NCBI GenBank assembly: GCA_036336835.1
Contig: JAYZFK010000014.1
Coordinates: forward strand, 1 to 44,040
Direction: 5' to 3'
Origin: Myxococcota bacterium
GTDB taxonomy: Bacteria > Myxococcota_A > UBA9160 > UBA4427
Length of the DNA stretch: 44,040 nucleotides
Of the stretch, positions 10,048 through 19,424 are shown one piece after another. Position 1 is the first letter of the stretch, and the number at the start of each line of letters is the position of its first letter. The position numbers were made by a program, and so were the translations under genes. The notes under the pieces were generated by a model. That model did not search any database and had not been told where the DNA came from. It saw only the letters and a program-made list of their open reading frames with translations.

Positions 10048-10592
10048 CCATCGGCCAGAAGAGAGCGGACGGGAGGCGATCAGGAGGAGAGAGTCGGTGT
10101 CGGGCCGCGAGAGAGGCGCAGCCTGGTTCGCAACGGCGAACCCATGCGGCGAGCGCGCCGCACGAACCGCGGCGGGCGCATCGGACCGACCCGCTTGCGC
10201 GACCTCGAGCACCCCGCCCGGGGCCGCCAGGGCGTGGCCCGCCGCTCCGTACAGGTCATCGCGGGCGGACGCCGACGCGGAAACAGCGAAGCGCACGTTC
10301 GCGACCGCGGTCGCATCTCGCGAGGCTCGAAGCACATTGGATGCTCCCTCGTGGCACGCACCGCGTACGGCGCGGCCGTCTCAAGGGAGAGCAAGCGGTG
10401 TGCCATCGCCTCCGGACCCACGGTGGCGGGCCCCTGCCGCCGCACAGCTACCGAGTTCGGGGCACATCTGCCGGCCCGCTGCGGGCTGCAGGATCGTGCA
10501 AGCTGGACGCGGAACTTCCAACCAGCTCCCGACGACTACACCCCATCGCGCACTGGGCGGCGGCTGCGCATCCGAAGTGCAATGGCGGGCTA

Positions 10593-10622
10593 TTGGAGAC
10601 CAAGGGGCCGCCGCCGTACAAT
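10593..10622 (+). promoter_or_regulatory. Putative sigma70-like promoter
   Basis: TTGGAG-N18-TACAAT, 30 bp upstream of ATG 10653. Confidence 0.3.
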
Positions 10623-10652
10623 GTCGGGTCCGGGGAGGGATTGGAGATCTCG

Positions 10653-12140
10653 ATGCAGCGACGCCCGTTCGTTCCCGCCGTGGCCTGCTTCCTGGTGCTG
10701 CTCGGCGAGGTGGCCACGAGCCCGGCGAGCCCCGACACCTCCGGCGTCGTCGAGGGCGGCGTGCTGGGTGCCGGCGAGCTGGCCCGCCGCCACTACGCGA
10801 TCGCCGAGCGCCCCGTGTCCTCTGGTCCCTCGACCGTGGTGCTGCCCGTCGGCATCCCGACCGAGGAGGGCCTGCTGCAGCGGGCCGTGAGCTGGTCCCA
10901 GACCTACGACATCGATCGGCTCTACAGCTCGATGCAGGGTCCGCGCAGCGACCTGACCGTGAGCCTGGCAACTTCGAAGGAGCCCGAGCTGCTGTGGATC
11001 AAGGGCGTCCACGCGGTGGTGGTCGATGAGCTCGGTGAGCCGATCAGCCAGGAGTTCATGTGCCACGTCGTTGGCTCGATCGAGGAGATGGAAGAGCGCA
11101 ATGCGGCGCTCGGCCTTCCGACCACCCAGTCCAACGGCCTGCCGCGCGAGTCGCGCTTTGCGACGTTGTCGCAAGGCATCTACCACAAGCAATATCCGCA
11201 GGGCTTCGGCCTGCCGATCCTCTCGACCCACGTGCTCAAGTTCACCTCCCAGGTGCTGAACATGAACGCACCCGACGCGCAGCTGCACCTCCGCCACAGG
11301 ATCGTGGTCCAGTACATCCGGGACGCCGATCTGAAGCAACCGATGCGCGCGATCACCAGCAGCTTCGCCAATGTGATGATGCTGGTCGAAGGCGAAGAAG
11401 GCTCCGGCTACTTCGGGATCCGGCAGCCGGACGAGGCGACCCACGGCGCGTCCTGCTCGGTGGGTCAGAAAGCGGACTCCGAGCTCGGCTTGATGAACGA
11501 CGGCCACCGCAAGTTCACCCCGCACTGGATCCTGCCGCCGGGCGAGGCGAACAACGAGACGCTGGCCACCGAGCTGATGGACCTCCGGTACGACACGACG
11601 ATCCACTCGATCGACGTCCACCTGCATCCGTTCGCCAAGTGGGTCGAGCTGCGGGATCTGACGTCCGGGACCTCGGTCTTCCGCAGCAAAGCGCGACAGG
11701 TCGATCAAGGCATTGGCCTTGCCTACGTCCAGACCTTCCGCAGTGCGGAGGGCATCCCCGTCTTCCGAGACAACCAGTACGCGATCGTCAGTGCCTACGA
11801 CAATACGAGCGGACGCGCACAGGACGCGATGGCGGCGATGTACTTCGGCCTGTACGACAAGGAGTTCGACCCCTCGCTGATGAGCGACCCACAGGCGCGT
11901 GCGGCACGTGAGGCGGACTACCGCCAGCAGAATCTGGCGACGCTCCTGCAGGCCATCCGCCAGGACCCGGAGGACCCGGTGTCGCACGGCTTGCTCGCCC
12001 TCGCCCTGTTCAGGCAGAATGAGCTGACGCGCGCGGCGCATCACTTGCGCACCGCGATCCGCCTGAACCCGGACGAGACGTCGTACCGCTCGGCGCTCGC
12101 ACGGGTAGAGCAGGCCATGGGCCTGCAGTCCGACAACTGA
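10653..12140 (+). CDS. Exported copper type II monooxygenase (PHM)-like protein with C-terminal TPR
   Basis: GGAGA RBS; signal-like MQRRPFVPAVACFLVLLGEVA; IHSIDVHLHPFA...YDNTSG..QDAMAAMYF resembles the HxH...M CuM half of PHM/DBM; C-terminal TPR (AIRQDPEDPVSHGLLALALF...AIRLNPD). Confidence 0.62.
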   Translation: MQRRPFVPAVACFLVLLGEVATSPASPDTSGVVEGGVLGAGELARRHYAIAERPVSSGPSTVVLPVGIPTEEGLLQRAVSWSQTYDIDRLYSSMQGPRSDLTVSLATSKEPELLWIKGVHAVVVDELGEPISQEFMCHVVGSIEEMEERNAALGLPTTQSNGLPRESRFATLSQGIYHKQYPQGFGLPILSTHVLKFTSQVLNMNAPDAQLHLRHRIVVQYIRDADLKQPMRAITSSFANVMMLVEGEEGSGYFGIRQPDEATHGASCSVGQKADSELGLMNDGHRKFTPHWILPPGEANNETLATELMDLRYDTTIHSIDVHLHPFAKWVELRDLTSGTSVFRSKARQVDQGIGLAYVQTFRSAEGIPVFRDNQYAIVSAYDNTSGRAQDAMAAMYFGLYDKEFDPSLMSDPQARAAREADYRQQNLATLLQAIRQDPEDPVSHGLLALALFRQNELTRAAHHLRTAIRLNPDETSYRSALARVEQAMGLQSDN

Positions 12141-12159
12141 CTGGGAAGAGGCAACAACC

Positions 12160-12627
12160 GTGTCCGAAACAATCGACAACCCGCTTGGACTCGTGCCGGA
12201 TTTCTTCGATCGCTACTTCGCGTTCTTCCGCCCGGGCCACCAGGACGGAATCGTGCCTTCGCGGATCAAGGAACTCGCGCGTCTCAAAGTGGCGTCGCAG
12301 AACGGCTGCGACACCTGACTGTTTGCGCGCTACGCGTCGGCGACGCGTCAAGGGCTCGACGAAGAGACGATCGCGCAGATCCACCTGCCACCGGAGGAGC
12401 GAACGCTCGAGCCGCGCGAGGCTCTGGCCGTACGCTGGGCCGAGGCCCTCGCCACCGACTGGCGGAAGGCGGACGGCGCCTTCCTGGCGGAGCTGAGAGA
12501 GCACTTCAGCCAGGCGGAGGTGGTCGAGCTCGGCATGATGATCGGCCAGTACCTCTCATTCGGTCGGCTCCTCGTCCAGCTCGACCTGCATCAGAGCGCT
12601 TGCGAGATCTACCCGACCGGCGACTGA
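12160..12627 (+). CDS. AhpD/carboxymuconolactone decarboxylase-family selenoprotein (CxxU; TGA at 12316-12318 read as Sec)
   Basis: GGGAAGAGG RBS then GTG 12160. MSETIDNPLGLVPDFFDRYFAFFRPGHQDGIVPSRIKELARLKVASQNGCDT-U-LFARYASATRQGLDEETIAQI...EPREALAVRWAEALA...LAELREHFSQAEVVELGMMIG...PTGD*. AhpD-like motifs lie on both sides of the TGA in one frame. Confidence 0.85.
12319..12354 (+). promoter_or_regulatory. Putative bacterial SECIS element
   Basis: ACGCGTC-GGC-GACGCGT hairpin (12332-12348) with a G-containing loop starting 20 nt after the TGA; possible lower pairing TTG/CAA. Confidence 0.65.
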
Positions 12628-13094
12628 GGCGTCCGCGGTACGGGCTCGCGCTCGCCGGCGGCGCCGCATGCCTGCTGCTCGGCCTGGGCTGCGCGGTGCT
12701 CGTGTCGCCCGCGACCCACGCCACGTTTGCGCCCAACGGGCGGGAGGTCGTCGCCTTCCTCGCTCCCTACGATGCGCTCGACGGTGATCGCACGCGCGAC
12801 GACTACGCCGCAACCCTCACCGCACTCCGGCGCGGGCTGAGCCACCTCGCGACCTGCACCGAGCTCCCGCCGGAGGCGATCCACCTGCTCCTGGTCGAGC
12901 GCGTGACCGTGGTGCACGGCGCGGAGAGTCACGACTTCGAGCTGCCCACGCTGGCCGGCATCTTGCTGATGGACGGCGGGCGAGCTCCGCTGCTCGTCGA
13001 CCCGGGAAGCGACCCGGCGGCGATCCCCAGCGCGCTCGCCGCACACGCCAGCGACTACTTCGCGCGACCGGGCTGCCGCCCCGACGGTTCCTAG
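12600..13094 (+). CDS. Hypothetical protein, probable lipoprotein
   Basis: Basic N-terminus, hydrophobic core ending LGLGC; start uncertain (TTG 12600 or CTG 12624 overlapping the upstream stop). Confidence 0.55.
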   Translation: MRDLPDRRLRRPRYGLALAGGAACLLLGLGCAVLVSPATHATFAPNGREVVAFLAPYDALDGDRTRDDYAATLTALRRGLSHLATCTELPPEAIHLLLVERVTVVHGAESHDFELPTLAGILLMDGGRAPLLVDPGSDPAAIPSALAAHASDYFARPGCRPDGS

Positions 13095-14428
13095 CGCCCG
13101 GCGCTCCGCTCGATCGCGCGCCGCACCAGGTTCTCGAGCCGCTCCTGACTGCCTGACGCCGGCCGCGGCTCGCGCGGCGTCGTCGTGGCCCGTTGCCAGA
13201 GCTCGGCGAGCGTCTGCTTGCCGTCGAGAATGCTGCGACCGTACTCGGCGTTCCAGGCGGCATAGCGTTCGTCGACGAAGCGCTCGAGCTCGCGCGACTC
13301 GATCAGCTCGGCGGCCGCGAGGAGCGAGCGGGCGAGCGTGTCCATGCCACCGACGTGCGCGTGGAACAGATCGGCGCGGTCGCTGCTCTGACGCCGCAGC
13401 TTTGCGTCGAAGTTGACTCCGCCGCTGCCGAGCCCGCCGGCCCGCAGGATCTCGTAGAGAGCGAGCGTCATCTCCTCGACGCTGTTCGGGAACTGATCGG
13501 TGTCCCAGCCGTTCTGCGGATCGCCGCGGTTGGCATCGACACTGCCGAGCAGGTCGTTCGCCGCCGCGTAGGCGAGCTCGTGCTGGACGCTGTGGCCGGC
13601 CAGAGTTGCGTGATTGACCTCGATGTTGAGCTTGAATTCGCGCTCGAGTCCGTAGCGCTGCAAGAAGGCGTGGACGGTCGCCGCATCGTGGTCGTACTGA
13701 TGCTTGGTGGGTTCGTGCGGCTTCGGCTCGATCAGCAGCGTCCCGCCGAACCCGATCTTGTGTTTGTGCTCGGCGACGAGTGACATGAAGCGACCGAGCT
13801 GATCGGCCTCGCGGCGCATGTCCGTATTGAGCAGCGTCTCGTAGCCCTCGCGTCCACCCCACAGCACGTAGTTCTCGCCTCCCAGGCGAGCGGTCGCCTC
13901 GAGCACGTGCTTGACCTGCGCCGCCGCGTACGAGAACACCTCCGGGTCGGGGCTGGTCGCCGCCCCCGCCGCATAGCGCGGGTGACCGAACAGGTTCGCC
14001 GTCCCCCAGAGCAGCCGGACACCGGTCTCTTCCATGCGGGCGGCAATGCGATCGATCAACCGGTCGAGCCGGTCGCAGCTCTCGCGGAAGCTCACCGCCT
14101 CGGGCGCGACGTCGCGGTCGTGGAAACAGAAGAACGGCACGCCGAGCTTCGCGAAGAACTCGAACGCGACATCGGTCTTGTGCTCGGCCTGGGCCATCGC
14201 GTCGCCACCGTTCGCGAGCCACGGCCGATCGAACGTGCCATCGCCGAACACATCGCTGCCCGGCCAGCAGAAGCTGTGCCAGTAGCAGACGGCGAATCGC
14301 AGCTGATCTGCCATGCGCTTGCCGAGCACCACGCGATCGGCGTCGTAGTGTCGGAACGCCAGCTCGTGCGTCGCATCGAGGCCTGCGAAGGCGATCGGTT
14401 CGATATCCTCGAAGAAGGGCTCGCTCAT
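13091..14428 (-). CDS. xylA: Xylose isomerase (class II)
   Basis: [79 protein letters not shown]. Confidence 0.98.
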   Translation of the reverse strand: MSEPFFEDIEPIAFAGLDATHELAFRHYDADRVVLGKRMADQLRFAVCYWHSFCWPGSDVFGDGTFDRPWLANGGDAMAQAEHKTDVAFEFFAKLGVPFFCFHDRDVAPEAVSFRESCDRLDRLIDRIAARMEETGVRLLWGTANLFGHPRYAAGAATSPDPEVFSYAAAQVKHVLEATARLGGENYVLWGGREGYETLLNTDMRREADQLGRFMSLVAEHKHKIGFGGTLLIEPKPHEPTKHQYDHDAATVHAFLQRYGLEREFKLNIEVNHATLAGHSVQHELAYAAANDLLGSVDANRGDPQNGWDTDQFPNSVEEMTLALYEILRAGGLGSGGVNFDAKLRRQSSDRADLFHAHVGGMDTLARSLLAAAELIESRELERFVDERYAAWNAEYGRSILDGKQTLAELWQRATTTPREPRPASGSQERLENLVRRAIERSAGR

Positions 14429-15894
14429 GGCATCTCCTGGTCGAAGCTCGACCTCAGATTGTCGTACAGCTCGCGGAAGCGCGGAAGCCGCTCGCGGTAG
14501 TGCTCGGCCAGCACCGCCTCGGGCTCGGCGACGAAGTCGCACGGCGGCTCGCGGCACACGGCGCCGGGATCCGCGCCACTGGCCCCGATGCACGCCAGCC
14601 GGGCAGCGCCCAGCGCGGGTCCGACCTCGCCGCCGCGGCGGTACACCAGCGGCCGCTCGAGCACGCTCGCCAGGATCCGGCCCCAGGCGGCGCTGCGCGA
14701 GCCACCACCGATCACCGAGACGCTCTGGATCGAGGTCCCCGCTCCCAGCAGCGCGTCCTGCGCATCCGCAAACGCAAACGCCACGCCCTCGAGCACCGCG
14801 CGGCCGAGGGCCGCGCGGTCGGTGTCGTGATCGATGCCGAAGAAGACCCCGAGCGCGTTCGGATCGTTGTGCGGCGTCCGCTCGCCCGACAGGTACGGCA
14901 GGAACAGCAGGCGAGGGTTGGGCCGGTCCGCCTGCTCGATCTCGCGCAGCAGGGCGGCCTCGTCTGTCGCACCCGTGGCGCGCGCCACCCACGCCAGACA
15001 GCTGGCAGCACTCAGCAACACCGACATCTGGTGCCAGCTTCCGGGCAGACAGTGGCAGAAGGCGTGCACGGCGCGCTCCGGGTTCGGTCGGAAGGCGTCC
15101 CCCGCGACGAAGTAGACCCCCGAGGTGCCGAGCGACAGCAAGGCCTGACCGGGCTCGATCACGCCAGCGCCGGCGGCGCCCGCGGCCTGGTCGCCCGCTC
15201 CCCCGACGACGGGCACCGGGTCGCAGCCCCACTCTTTCGCCACCGCGGTCCTCAAGCGACCCGTCACTTCCGTCCCCTCGAACACGCGCGGCATCGCATC
15301 GGGCGAAAGACCGCATGCTTCGAGCATCGGCTCGGACCACTGTCGCTTCCCGACGTCGAGCCACAGCGTGCCCGAGGCGTCGGAGGCATCGGTTGCGTGA
15401 TCGCCGGTCAAGCGCAGACGCACGTAGTCCTTGGGCAGCAAAACCCGGCGCGTCGCCGCATGCGCCGCGGGCTCGTTGGCGCGCACCCACAGCAGCTTGG
15501 GCGCAGTGAATCCGGGCATCGCCAGATTGCCGGTAATCGCGCGCGAGTCCGGCACCAGGCGTTCGAGCTCGGCGCACTGCGGCGCGCTGCGGCCGTCGTT
15601 CCACAGGATCGCGGGTCGCACCGGGCGATCCGCGGCGTCGAGCAGCGTTGCGCCGTGCATCTGCCCCGAGAGCCCGATCGCCTCGAGCGCGCGGAGCCGA
15701 CCCGGTAGGCGAGCCGCCGCGGCTGCCACTGCCACGTTGGTGGCGCTCCACCAGTCGTCGGGATCCTGCTCGGACCATCCCGGCGCTGGCCGATGGACGT
15801 CGAGCGGCGCACTGCCCTCGCCGACGATCTCGCCGTCTGTGTCGAGCAGCACCGCCTTGACCGCGGACGTCCCGAGATCGATACCGAGGAACAT
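14425..15894 (-). CDS. xylB: Xylulokinase
   Basis: [63 protein letters not shown] overlap with xylA. Confidence 0.97.
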   Translation of the reverse strand: MFLGIDLGTSAVKAVLLDTDGEIVGEGSAPLDVHRPAPGWSEQDPDDWWSATNVAVAAAAARLPGRLRALEAIGLSGQMHGATLLDAADRPVRPAILWNDGRSAPQCAELERLVPDSRAITGNLAMPGFTAPKLLWVRANEPAAHAATRRVLLPKDYVRLRLTGDHATDASDASGTLWLDVGKRQWSEPMLEACGLSPDAMPRVFEGTEVTGRLRTAVAKEWGCDPVPVVGGAGDQAAGAAGAGVIEPGQALLSLGTSGVYFVAGDAFRPNPERAVHAFCHCLPGSWHQMSVLLSAASCLAWVARATGATDEAALLREIEQADRPNPRLLFLPYLSGERTPHNDPNALGVFFGIDHDTDRAALGRAVLEGVAFAFADAQDALLGAGTSIQSVSVIGGGSRSAAWGRILASVLERPLVYRRGGEVGPALGAARLACIGASGADPGAVCREPPCDFVAEPEAVLAEHYRERLPRFRELYDNLRSSFDQEMP

Positions 15895-16000
15895 CGCGCC
15901 GAGCCTCGCCCCCGACGTGCGGTGAGTCAAGCGCTGTTCCGTGCCGGACTCGGGCTCGGGTATCCTGCGACCTCTCTCCGACGCCGAGGAAGCCGCAACA

Positions 16001-16984
16001 GTGAACACCGCCAACCGGGTCGTGATCACGCGACTACTGCCGGGTGAGCCCGAGTCGCGCCTGCGGGCCGCCTGCGGAGAGCGCGTCGGCCACGTGTTCC
16101 GCAACGAGATCGATGTACCCCTCGAGCGAGGTGCCCTGCTCGATGCGGTGCGCGGCGCCAGCGCCGTGGTCGCAACGCCCGCCGATCGGATCGACGCTGC
16201 ATTCTTCGAGGCCGCGGGCGAGCCGCTGCGGATCGTCAGCGTCTATGCGGTCGGCGTCGACAACGTCGACCTGGTCGAAGCGGCGCGGCGCGGCGTTCGT
16301 GTGGGACACACGCCGGACGCGGTGACCGAGCCGACTGCCGACATCGCCTGGCTGCTACTGCTCGGCGCGGCGCGGCGGGCCACCGAGGGAGCGCATCTCG
16401 TGCGTCGCGCCGACTGGGCGGGCCTCGGCGTGCACGTCCTGCTCGGCCGACGGCTCGTCGGCAAGACCCTGCTGATCGTGGGCGCGGGCCGCATCGGGAT
16501 GGCCGTCGCCCGGCGCGCGCTCGGCTGGCAGATGCGCGTGCGCTATGTGGCCCGCTCGCACCATCCCGAGTTCGAGGCCGAGCCGATCCGCGCGCAGCGC
16601 GTCGAGCTCGCCGCTGGCCTGCGCGAGGCCGACTTCGTGAGTCTGCACACACCACTGACGGCCGAGACGCACCATCTGATCGGCGAGCCGGAGTTCGCGC
16701 AGATGCGACCCGACGCCGTGCTCGTCAACACGGCGCGCGGCCCGGTGGTGGACGAGGCAGCGCTGGTCGCCGCGCTTCGCGCGCAGCGGATCGCCGCAGC
16801 CGGCCTCGACGTGTACGAGCACGAGCCGCGGCTCCAGGACGGACTCGCCGAGCTCGACAACGCCTTCCTGCTGCCACACCTCGGCTCGGCGACCGTCGAC
16901 GACCGCCTCTGGATGATGGAGATGGCCATCGACAACGTCGCCGCCGTACTGCGCGGCGAGCCACCGCCGCACGCCGTCGTCTGA
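16001..16984 (+). CDS. D-2-hydroxyacid dehydrogenase (glyoxylate/hydroxypyruvate reductase-like)
   Basis: [49 protein letters not shown]. Confidence 0.93.
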   Translation: MNTANRVVITRLLPGEPESRLRAACGERVGHVFRNEIDVPLERGALLDAVRGASAVVATPADRIDAAFFEAAGEPLRIVSVYAVGVDNVDLVEAARRGVRVGHTPDAVTEPTADIAWLLLLGAARRATEGAHLVRRADWAGLGVHVLLGRRLVGKTLLIVGAGRIGMAVARRALGWQMRVRYVARSHHPEFEAEPIRAQRVELAAGLREADFVSLHTPLTAETHHLIGEPEFAQMRPDAVLVNTARGPVVDEAALVAALRAQRIAAAGLDVYEHEPRLQDGLAELDNAFLLPHLGSATVDDRLWMMEMAIDNVAAVLRGEPPPHAVV

Positions 16985-16989
16985 GTCGT

Positions 16990-18081
16990 TCAGGACAGCT
17001 CGGCCAGCAGGGCCTTCGCGATCTCACACGGCGGGTTGTTCAGCCAGAGCGTCTGGTCCGCGGGCATGACGCCGCGCTCGACATACAGGTTCATCATCCG
17101 GGTGATGATCGCGACATAGCGCACGGCCGCGAACAGCTCGAAGTAGCGAATCACCTCGGGGTCGCGTCCGGTGAGACTCGCGTACAGGGTGCGCTGCTCA
17201 TCGATCGAAGGCTCACCCTCGAGACGCGGCACCACCGCGAATCCGTACTCGTGACAGGTGCGATCGAACATCAGCCACCAGCCGATATCCATCTCGGGAG
17301 GGGCAATCGCCACGTTCTCCCAGTCGGTGATGCAAACGGGCTCGAAGTCGCGCCAGATCAGGTTGCCCGGGCGCGCGTCACCCCACGAGAGCCCGGGTTC
17401 GAGCCCCGGTGGCACGTTCGCGCGCAGCCAGCGGAGCGACGCGTCGGCCGTCGGGTTGACGCGGTCACCCAGGTGCTCGCGCAGGTAGCGCTCCCAGATG
17501 TCGAGCTGCGCCACCGTCCCCGGTGTCGTCCCGGGCGCGATCAGCCAGGCGAGCCCGGCTTCGCGCCAGTCGACGGCGTGGACCTCAGTCAGCAGGCGCA
17601 GTCCGCCCTCGATCATCCGCCGGCGGTCGGAGGGCTGGGCGTCGACGAAGAAACCCTCCTGGGTATAGGGCGGATCGACCAGCGGCGTCTCGCCGTCCAC
17701 GTACTCCATCACGAAGAACGGCGCGCCGAGGATGCGCGCGTCGCCCTCGTAGGCGATCAACCCGGCGATCGGCAGCTTCGACACGGAGGCCACACCCCGC
17801 ATCGCGCGGTACTGGATGTCGATCTCGACGTCGAGGTCGGGAGTCTGCGCTGGATAGACAGGAGGGCCGAGGTTCTCGATCCGCACCACTACCCGTCGTT
17901 CGCAGGCCTGTCGGTCCTCGGTACGCCGGAAGCGGACCGGAACGATCAGCGTCTGGGCCGAATAGCCGGTCGCGGCGCCGCTGAACTCACCGAGCTCGAG
18001 GTCCTCGGCGTCGGGCCAGCGCGCGGCGAGCCAGCGCCGGAACGGCTCGCGGATCTCGTCGGCCTCGGCCGGCGTGGGCAT
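16990..18081 (-). CDS. APH-family phosphotransferase
   Basis: GYSAQT, GAPFFVMEYVDG, WGDARPGNLIW, DWENVAIAPPEMDIGWW. Confidence 0.88.
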   Translation of the reverse strand: MPTPAEADEIREPFRRWLAARWPDAEDLELGEFSGAATGYSAQTLIVPVRFRRTEDRQACERRVVVRIENLGPPVYPAQTPDLDVEIDIQYRAMRGVASVSKLPIAGLIAYEGDARILGAPFFVMEYVDGETPLVDPPYTQEGFFVDAQPSDRRRMIEGGLRLLTEVHAVDWREAGLAWLIAPGTTPGTVAQLDIWERYLREHLGDRVNPTADASLRWLRANVPPGLEPGLSWGDARPGNLIWRDFEPVCITDWENVAIAPPEMDIGWWLMFDRTCHEYGFAVVPRLEGEPSIDEQRTLYASLTGRDPEVIRYFELFAAVRYVAIITRMMNLYVERGVMPADQTLWLNNPPCEIAKALLAELS

Positions 18082-18816
18082 CTACAGCAGGCCGCCCGCA
18101 GGCGCAGCACGAGCCCGTTGATTGTAGAGCCGTTTGATCATCGCCACGCGTTCGTCCTGCGTGTACTTCTCGAAGTCGACCGTGAAATCGGAGCCGACCG
18201 CCATCCCGCGCTCGACCGCCGGGCGCGCCGACAGCTCCTCGAACCAGCGCTTGAAGTACGGAAACTCCTCGATGTCCTGGCCCTGCGCCTCCCAGCCGAC
18301 GGTCCACGGGTACGAGATCATGTCGGCAATCGTGTACTCGTCGCCGGCCAGATAGCGGCGGTCGTAGAGCCGGTTGTTCAGCACGCCATACAGACGGTTC
18401 ACCTCGTCCGTGAAGCGGCGCACGGCGTAGGCCTGGTCGCCCTGACTGTCGCCGAGCCGGCGAAAGTGTCCGCACTCTCCGGTCTTCGGCCCCTGGTTCG
18501 CCATCTGCCAGATCAGCCACTGGGTGACCTCGTGACGCGGGCGCAGCGCCTGCGGGTAGAACTTCCCGGCCTTCTCGGCCAGGTAGATCATGATCGAGCC
18601 GGATTCGAACAGCGCGATCGGCTCGCCGCCGTCCGCGGGCTCGCGATCGACCATGGCGGGCATACGGTTGTTGGGGCTGATGTCGAGGAACTCGTCCTTG
18701 AACTGATCGCCCTCGCCGATGCTACACGCCACCACCTGGTAGGGGATCTCCGCCTCCTCGAGCAGGATGGTCACCTTCTTGCCGTTGGGCGTGGGCCAGT
18801 AGTGCAGATCGATCAC
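18082..18816 (-). CDS. yfcG: Glutathione S-transferase, Nu class (YfcG/YghU-like GSH-dependent disulfide oxidoreductase)
   Basis: MIDLHYWPTPNG, ISPNNRMPA, FESGSIMIYLAEK, WLIWQMANQGP, YTIADM. Confidence 0.88.
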   Translation of the reverse strand: MIDLHYWPTPNGKKVTILLEEAEIPYQVVACSIGEGDQFKDEFLDISPNNRMPAMVDREPADGGEPIALFESGSIMIYLAEKAGKFYPQALRPRHEVTQWLIWQMANQGPKTGECGHFRRLGDSQGDQAYAVRRFTDEVNRLYGVLNNRLYDRRYLAGDEYTIADMISYPWTVGWEAQGQDIEEFPYFKRWFEELSARPAVERGMAVGSDFTVDFEKYTQDERVAMIKRLYNQRARAAPAGGLL

Positions 18817-18837
18817 GAAAGACCTCCTCTCCGGATG

Positions 18838-19353
18838 TCAGTTGGCTGAAGGAGTCGGATCTTCGGTTCGAGCATCCCTCTCGCGCATCATCGCGACCCC
18901 GCGCTCGACCGACTGCTTGATCTCCTTGTCATTGTCCTTCGAGATCGCGCGGTGGACGATCCGCTCGAGCAGGAAGCGCAGGATCGGATTGAATACGTGG
19001 TAGGTCTCGCGGAAATGCACGCGCGTCCGGCCCTCCTCGAGCCGCTCGAAGCGCGTCCAGCCGGAGGCCTTCGACCACAGCGGCTTGCCGACGGCGTCGT
19101 AGCGCCACGACTCGCACGGGTTCACTTCGGTGAGCCACTCCCACGACATCGCCTTGCCGCCCGAGAGCAGATAGCGCGGCACGCGAAAGTGGCAGTGCCG
19201 GACCAGCCCCTCACCGGTGGCGTCGCCGGCGTGCAGGATCTCGATCCGCACGTCTCCGTGCTCGAGTACGTCGCCCTTCTTTCGGCCCCAGAACACGCGC
19301 CACAGCTCCTCGGGCGTTGCATCGATCTCGAACGAGTAGCGGTGGTCCTGCAA
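18838..19353 (-). CDS. SRPBCC/START-like (polyketide cyclase-type) protein
   Basis: SFEIDATPEELW, beta-rich core ending TRVHFRETY, long C-terminal helix; GGGGAGG RBS before TTG. Confidence 0.7.
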   Translation of the reverse strand: MQDHRYSFEIDATPEELWRVFWGRKKGDVLEHGDVRIEILHAGDATGEGLVRHCHFRVPRYLLSGGKAMSWEWLTEVNPCESWRYDAVGKPLWSKASGWTRFERLEEGRTRVHFRETYHVFNPILRFLLERIVHRAISKDNDKEIKQSVERGVAMMRERDARTEDPTPSAN

Positions 19354-19424
19354 TGCTGGCCTCCCCGCGCGTGCTCGCGTCAGCGTCTATGATACGCGCA
19401 ACGGCTCCAACACAGGGTGGGATC

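Noticed and set aside
8922..12140. 1072-aa ORF as a single protein
   Set aside because: The first ~575 aa are an antisense shadow of the SDR plus intergenic DNA. The RBS and signal peptide place the real start at 10653.
12185..12496. 103-aa plus-strand ORF and the overlapping minus-strand ORFs in the track
   Set aside because: They are Arg/Ser-rich off-frame readings. The frame starting at 12160 with the Sec TGA explains the region.
13091..15778. 895-aa ORF as a XylB-XylA fusion
   Set aside because: Its N-terminal half is an off-frame, Arg-rich reading of xylB. xylA has its own ATG at 14428.
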